Source: Octopus bimaculoides
Taxonomy: Eukaryota
Assembly (NCBI RefSeq): GCF_001194135.2
Contig: NC_068984.1
Location: 134,727,700 to 134,771,374 of the forward strand
Direction: 5' to 3'
Length of the DNA stretch: 43,675 nt
Made by a program: the position numbers and the translations under genes. Positions 37,376-43,675 of this stretch are shown here, in pieces. The notes beneath the pieces are model-generated. The model saw only the letters and a list, made by a program, of their open reading frames with translations. It did no database searches and was not told the origin of the DNA. Within the stretch, counting starts at the first letter, position 1. The number at the start of each line of letters is the position of its first letter.

Positions 37376-38572
37376 GAACCTACATATTTTTTTTGTCGAG
37401 GGACTTATTTTCCTTAGTCGTTGCACGGTGATTGGAATAAGCTTTAGGCTTATATAAACACCAATATTATTATTTACAAGATTGTAAAACCTGGCACCGT
37501 ATAACAAAACCATTCGCACCGAAGACATATATATATGATGAACTCTTCCATCAAAGACGACGTATGAGCGTTCAGTTATTGCCGAAAGACCTGTACAAAT
37601 GATTTGTTTATATTGATCAAATTTTCGTGCCGCACATTAGCTCACACTCTCCATTAAATCGAGGTTGTCTGAACAGGTACACAGTTTACCATGCGTCAGA
37701 ACTCTGTAGAATCTTGTCACTGATTAGATGATTTATAGTAATGAGAAGTAATAGAATTATGCTCTAGTTATACTAACAGATTTTCAAAGTGTGAAACAGT
37801 CATATTATATCTTCTAAGATTACAAACACTTCGATATTTTAGTCTTTATACAACCACATGATATAAATAACAAACGATTAACCACGAAATAGGTACAATA
37901 TGGCGATTTGTCAACGTCGTGGCTATATTGCTGATTCCGTTTAGAGGTAAGAATTAGTAGTTGATGATTGAATGTTAATTATAAGATTAATATAATCGCA
38001 AATTGTGACACTATTAACGTAGTGGATTACCATCACACTCATCAGGCCCTCAACGACAGTCTAGTTAAATTTAATGCGCTACCTTAATGTATTACATAGT
38101 ATTTGCAACCGCTATCTTACATCGCATATAAATAATGGCTCGTCAGATACGTTGGTTTTGAAATATGCAAGACCATACGGTAGTTCGAATTGAGACTTTG
38201 CTTAAAATTTACTTTGTTGTAATGTCTCTCATTAGAAAATAAAGACAAAATGTAAATTGACGTGTTTGTAGTCATTGTGTTACATGTTCTCATAACAAGA
38301 AATTTAAATGGCAACTGGCCAGTCTCAACGAGCAGAATCACTCCAGTGTGCATGCCTAGTCGCTATTAGCAACTGTCTCTCATTTTATTTTTCTTTAGAC
38401 ATTCGCATTCCAGCTGTTTTACAAGGTTCATTTATTTTACAGTTGTGATGATCTTCACTCTGATGGTTCCTGTTTGAGACGTCTCCCAGAAACATGATTG
38501 ACAACATAGATATAGTCTACAAGTTTAAGATAATACTTATTGACTTATTTATTTTGTCTGTTTTATTTGCAG

Positions 38573-38658
38573 CTCTCTAGAGAAAGATAAACACACACTG
38601 CTGTATAGAAGACCTCCTGGACAGAGGAACTGGGATAACCAGAAGACTTCGAAGCAAT
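38573..38658 (+). CDS. Weak candidate exon (phase 2/1)
   Basis: Good acceptor (ttttgtctgttttatttgcag|) and a single open frame, SLEKDKHTLLYRRPPGQRNWDNQKTSKQ. The donor T|GTATAC is weak. Confidence 0.3.
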
Positions 38659-38697
38659 GTATACTTGTATTTTATTCTGACGTTTAATAATTGATAG

Positions 38698-38800
38698 GGA
38701 GTCCATGCTTAGAAAGAAACTTCCTGCAGAAATTAAGTATCAATGAGGAAGTACAACAACGAGATAGCATGAAGCTTAATAAAAAAAAGACTGCGTATTA
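38698..38800 (+). CDS. Candidate exon (phase 1/2)
   Basis: A ctgac branch-like motif and gatag| acceptor precede SPCLERNFLQKLSINEEVQQRDSMKLNKKKTAY, with a consensus donor TA|GTAAGT. Confidence 0.4.
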
Positions 38801-39309
38801 GTAAGTGTTGTAGCAAAAGCAGACGAGTTATTTTAATGGTTGTAGCTTCGGCCTAGCAACACATTAACACCCACAACATATTAAATATTCATTTTGATAC
38901 ACTCCAACATTTATGGACATAAAACAGCAGTGATCATTTCTAATTTCAGAGAGTGACCTAAGTCATCTATAATCTATATATCTGTATTCAGGAAAAAGTT
39001 CAAGTAGCGGTCAGGAGACAATAATTTTCTATTTTGTGCGAGAAAGTCACGACCTCTTCATTATCTCCTTACCAAACAAAACTACATCAGACTGTTTTCC
39101 GGCAAATTGAAATTCTTAGGAATCCCAATATGCATATTAAATATTATGCGGGTTTTGACGAAACCTCTTCAGAATTTATTATAATTTACTATAATTAACT
39201 ACACTACACACACACACACATATATGTATGCATTTATGTATGTTATATGTTTATATATATATAAACATCTATATAAATTATATGTATACATATATATATA
39301 TATACGTAC

Positions 39310-39343
<34 letters not shown>

Positions 39344-40395
39344 GCGTTATATATGTATATATATANNNNNNNNNNATACTTTTATTGCTGTATTGTGTGT
39401 TTGTTTCATTTTTGCATCTGTGATTTTATTTTTGATCTATATAAATGAAGATATCTCCTTCGTTCTGCTGCTTTTCTTTCTACGAAACGAGAAGATACAT
39501 TGCGGAACTGTTATTTTAACGAGTTGTATCTATTTATCATCCGATGAGATATATCTGCACTGCCGGATGCTCCTGAAACAGTTGTTAAGTGTCCCACCCG
39601 TGAGGGATCGATGCTATATGTGTCGAAACGATCGTCGTTATTGATAATAAAAATTCTTGTATATTCCATCTTCCGTCTTTCATTTACCATATGCACGTAT
39701 ATGTATATATATGTGTGTGCGTGTATGTGTGTATGTTTGTATATATGATTCAATCTTAGTGGTTATACAACAGCAAAATAATTGAGTATCAATATTTCAC
39801 GATAATATGTAGAATAGCGATACTTTATTTGAAGCTTAATATATAAATTATAAAATCATATGTGTATATTTGAGCGTATGGAGATGAATTATGACCAACA
39901 TATGGTGCTGGACCGCTTATTGGAGAACGTCGGAGTAACAAAGTACAAACTACTAACAGAGCGTGGCCTGAAATGTTAATTTCTGTGTGTTTTCATATCT
40001 CATCCGTATATCATTCTCATGATCATTTTTTCATTAATCAGATTCAATACAATGGCGGCCATCACTAATCTAGCAATTCTGGTGACTACATTTACCGACA
40101 TTGCTTTCCTGCAGTAAAATAGTATAAGCGGAAATACAGAAAACATTTAGACGTTCTGTTGCATCACCAGACCTTATACATATATATAGTCAATATGCTT
40201 TGAAATACGGACAAAAATATCAAAATCGCCAACGAAATGGAATATCTTTATTGCAATGATATCCTTACATCATGATAGTGGATATGCGTCTTCTTTTGTT
40301 TAATATCAAGAATATTAATCTTTAGATAGGAGGGAACGGCTAACTGTCCTCTTTAAAACGGATTTGGCACAGCAACTAATTTTCAGGATATTACA

Positions 40396-40397
<2 letters not shown>

Positions 40398-40483
<86 letters not shown>

Positions 40484-40924
40484 NNNNNNNNNNNNNNNNN
40501 NNNNNNNNNNNNNNNNNNNNNNNNNNNNNNNNNNNNNNNNNNNNNNNNNNNNNNNNNNNNNNNNNNNNNNNNNNNNNNNNNNNNNNNNNNNNNNNNNNNN
40601 NNNNNNNNNNNNNNNNNNNNNNNNNNNNNNNNNNNNNNNNNNNNNNNNNNNNNNNNNNNNNNNNNNNNNNNNNNNNNNNNNNNNNNNNNNNNNNNNNNNN
40701 NNNNNNNNNNNNNNNNNNNNNNNNNNNNNNNNNNNNNNNNNNNNNNNNNNNNNNNNNNNNNNNNNNNNNNNNNNNNNNNNNNNNNNNNNNNNNNNNNNNN
40801 NNNNNNNNNNNNNNNNNNNNNNNNNNNNNNNNNNNNNNNNNNNNNNNNNNNTATGAATATACGAATTCCACACGTATATACGCGCACAAGCACGCATACA
40901 CACAAGCACACACGAACAGAGAGA

Positions 40925-40996
<72 letters not shown>

Positions 40997-41098
40997 GAGA
41001 GAGATAGAGAGAGAGAGATAGAGAGAGCGAGCGAGAGAGAGAGATAGAGGGACAGAGAGAGTGGAGAGAGAGTGGGGAGAGAGAGACGGAGAGAGAGG
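40398..41098. repeat. (GT)n-(GA)n microsatellite complex spanning a gap
   Basis: (GT)n then (GA)n up to the gap at 40484-40851, with a long degenerate (GA)n at 40918-41098. Confidence 0.95.
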
Positions 41099-41179
41099 TG
41101 TACTTGAGACTCAACATAACTAATCTAATCTATGTACAGTAATTCGAAAGGCGAATAAAATAACGGGTTTCAAATTTTG

Positions 41180-41355
41180 GCACACGGGCAGAAATTGTGG
41201 GAGAGGGGATGAGTCGATTTCATCGACCCCAGTATTCGACTGGTACTTATTTTATCGACCCCGAATGGATGAAAGGTAAAGTCGACTTCAGCGGAATTAA
41301 AACTCAGAACAGTAGGGACGAACGAAATACCTCAAAGCATTTCGTCCGAGTGCTA
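41180..41355 (-). mobile_element. SINE family B
   Basis: gagtcgatttcatcgaccccagtattcgactggtacttattttatcgaccccgaatggatgaaaggtaaagtcgacttcagcggaattaaaactcag. Confidence 0.85.
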
Positions 41356-41369
41356 CATCATTTGTACAA

Positions 41370-41790
41370 TGAGGAAGATATTGTAGCATCATTGCCAGTT
41401 TCTTTTTCAATTTCATTCAGTGTTTTAGATAGTATTTTGTGTGATGCACCAAGTGCACCAGTTATTACAGGATTCATTGTTGTCTTCGTCTTCCACAGTC
41501 TCCTCAGCTCTCTAACTCGATCCTAATATTTCTCAATTTTTTTTCAAGTTTTTGGTATCAACTCAGCTAACTTAGGGAATTACAAATCTATGATGTTACA
41601 TTGTTTGTTTATTTTGTCCTCTCAAATCAAATCTAGTTATTCTTGCCTCAAAAATATGGTTAGTCTTTATGGTGAAGTCCCACACGATCTTGTAATTCTC
41701 ATTTCTTATCACAGCCTCTAGTTCGTGTCCATAACAATTTTCTGTTGTTTTGAAACCATAAGCTCGGTTAACATCCCAATGCATCCGAGT
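41370..41790 (-). mobile_element. R4/Dong-like non-LTR retrotransposon, restriction-like endonuclease (RLE) domain fragment
   Basis: The minus strand gives HWDVNRAYGFKTTENCYGHELEAVIRNENYKIVWDFTIKTNHIFEAR, then ...KIEKY*DRVRELRRLWKTKTTMNPVITGALG. These match the ENxxYKILWDFxIxTD..RRPD and EKxxKY..LW..PV.GALG blocks of RLE-type elements. Confidence 0.88.
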
Positions 41791-42289
41791 GTTGTTAATT
41801 ATTATTATACTAAGAAAGTTAGTAGCACTGCAAATCTATATTAGAGATGGCTGTCAGATTTACCTTCAGATATTGAGATTCGTAGATATACATGTTATTA
41901 TATTTTAATGAAACCATATTGATTCATATGCACTATCATAATATTAAGGATATCACGGTAATAAATATATTTCATTTCATTGGCAATTTAGATAATTTGT
42001 ATAGCAATGTCCGTATTTCAGACATATTGACTGGTTGTATAACATCAATCGAAACATCAAATTGTCCAAATATTTTGTCTACATCGTTTCATAGCATTTT
42101 ACTACGGCAAAGTCTGTAAATAAAGATATTCATTAAAACCGATATGTTAGAGATGGTCTGTATTGGACTCTATTCCAGTGGAAATGTTTGAAAAAAAAAA
42201 AAGAAGAGAAAAATGAAACCGAATGAATGCTGATGAGATCACGTAGAAACTATAGTTTGGGTGTCTTTACGATGTTTATATATAGTTCA

Positions 42290-42660
42290 TTTATATTCTA
42301 TACATTGCTTTTTTTTCCTGTTATTGAACTAAAGCACTGCTCGGGTACTACTTTGAAGAGTTTAGTACTCAAGTACTTATTTCTAAAAATTTTTTACTTG
42401 TTCCGTCGGTTTCTTCTTCAGAAGCGCTATGTTATGGTGATATAAGGTAACCGACACCAGTTGTCAAGCAGCGGGAGGAGGGGCAAACAAAAACACAAAC
42501 ACATACACACATCCATATATATGCAACGGGATTTCTCACAGATTTCGTCTACCAAATTCACTCAAACTATATTGCACGTCCGGAGCTATGGTACGATACA
42601 TTTGGAAAAGATGCTCCTCGGTGGTTTCAAAGCAAGCTTTATAGCCATACAACTATGCCT
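42290..42660 (-). mobile_element. SINE family A, degenerate
   Basis: taaggtaaccgacaccagttgtcaagcagcgg...gatttcgtctaccaaattcactcaaa...aagcaagctttatagccatacaactatgcc matches the reverse complement of family A. Confidence 0.7.
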
Positions 42661-42918
42661 TTATACAACTGATGTGTTGTAAAACGATGGAGAGAGTCTC
42701 CTGATGGACAGTTCATAGTTTCTTGGCGGCTCTTCTTTACCTAATCAATAGTATAGATCAGCTGCTTATATAGTAGTCATGAAACGGTCCGTAGAAGACT
42801 ACCAACCTCCTTTCCAGCACATCGATAATATAGAAAGAATACGTTTATCTTACATACTTAAAATTATATTGCAATATTTAAAATGATTTAATTTATTCCA
42901 ATTTACTCTGTGTTGCAG

Positions 42919-43077
42919 ATAAATAAATATTGTTTAGCTAATGACGAACTTTCAAAGGCACAAATATACAAAATTCCTAACTGCTTTATGGTGAAGGCAG
43001 CCGAGTTCGTCTTGACAAGGAAACCGTCGGCAGACCATAAAGTGCTCCATCAGAAGGCTTTCCTCACAAATCAATGA
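42919..43077 (+). CDS. Candidate exon (phase 0; donor at 42990 or terminal stop at 43075-43077)
   Basis: Acceptor atttactctgtgttgcag|, then 52 open codons: INKYCLANDELSKAQIYKIPNCFMVKAAEFVLTRKPSADHKVLHQKAFLTNQ*. A possible donor is ATG|GTGAAG. Confidence 0.35.
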   Translation: MNKYCLANDELSKAQIYKIPNCFMVKAAEFVLTRKPSADHKVLHQKAFLTNQ

Positions 43078-43214
43078 TGTGGTCGGTAGTTTATCATAAT
43101 CTGCACAAATGATTCATTTATAGTGATGGAATGTTTGTGCCATACTTATATAGCTTATTCACTCCGCAAAATCGACTTTTCCTGAAAAGATGAACTGTGT
43201 ACCACAAGTCTAGT

Positions 43215-43340
43215 GTCGAAGTGATCGCAGACCAACGTGAGGTGAAGTATTCTGTTCAAAACTACAATCACCATCCGGTCCAGGAATTGAAATCACGATC
43301 TCGCGATCGTGAGTTTAACAAATCTACCCATTAGATCATG
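43215..43340 (-). mobile_element. tRNA-derived SINE, third family, degenerate head
   Basis: The minus strand reads ctaatgggtagatttgttaaactcacgatcgcgagatcgtgatttcaattcctggaccggatgg, with a B-box-like tttcaattcc. Family assignment is from memory of octopus repeats. Confidence 0.55.
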
Positions 43341-43675
43341 AGAAACCACACACCAAAATTATATAAATAATGTCTTTACTCTTCTCTTATTCAGCGCAAC
43401 GCAAAATGTACAATATTTGAATTTGCTTCAGTTTTTCCGATTTACACAGTATAATGTATGTGTGTTTGTGTGTGTATACTTGTGTGTGTGCTTGTGTGTG
43501 TATGTATGCATAGTTTTAAAAAGAGACACAGAACATATAGCATTTTATGCTTTTAAAAACTTAGAACTGTTTCGGGATTGCATAATTGCTGGCTGAAACA
43601 TATAATCTTATTAATCCCTCTCATTATCATTGTTTAACCAAAGACCAAGAGAATGGTGTTAAATACTCAATATGT

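Larger units (their letters stand above)
36726..37524. repeat. 319-bp tandem unit array with foldback inversion
   Basis: Unit 1 spans 36726-37044 and partial unit 2 spans 37045-37190. Segment 37191-37461 is the reverse complement of 36726-37021, and 37462-37524 is the reverse complement of a further unit tail. Confidence 0.9.

Noticed and set aside
40042-40112. Exon with signal-peptide-like MAAITNLAILVTTFTDIAFL
   Set aside because: The donor is weak, its 3' end overlaps the old inverted repeat, and splicing from 38800 would create a TAA.

Overview
This is AT-rich eukaryotic DNA from a gapped draft assembly, with 15 N-runs totalling about 3.2 kb. It is saturated with (TA)n, (TG)n, (GA)n and trinucleotide microsatellites and with tRNA-derived SINEs. 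I recognise the repeat repertoire as octopus/coleoid-like, but this comes from memory of those SINE families and not from a search. Almost every entry in the ORF track is an artefact of microsatellites or N-gaps. The interpretable coding remnants are transposon-derived: a Mariner transposase, R4/Dong-like RT and RLE domains, an RTE LINE C-terminus with three C2H2-like fingers, and a Penelope-like fragment. One well-formed + strand exon (17353-17502) and several weaker candidates suggest the window lies inside the introns of an unidentified host gene. The most unusual structures are: (1) a 319-bp tandem unit carrying a tRNA-sized A-box/B-box/oligo-T cassette, folded back on itself at 36.7-37.5 kb; (2) two copies of a 175-190 bp mini-LTR with exact 5-bp target-site duplications (TSDs), both GAAT(C/T) and both inside SINEs, one keeping a tRNA-iMet-like PBS; (3) two palindromic MITE-like elements; and (4) a 123-codon frame with a single TGA lying between inverted SINE copies. 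There are no prokaryotic features, CRISPR arrays, rRNA genes or intact tRNA genes. I found no firm evidence of a wholly new biological system, so the findings below are leads to test.
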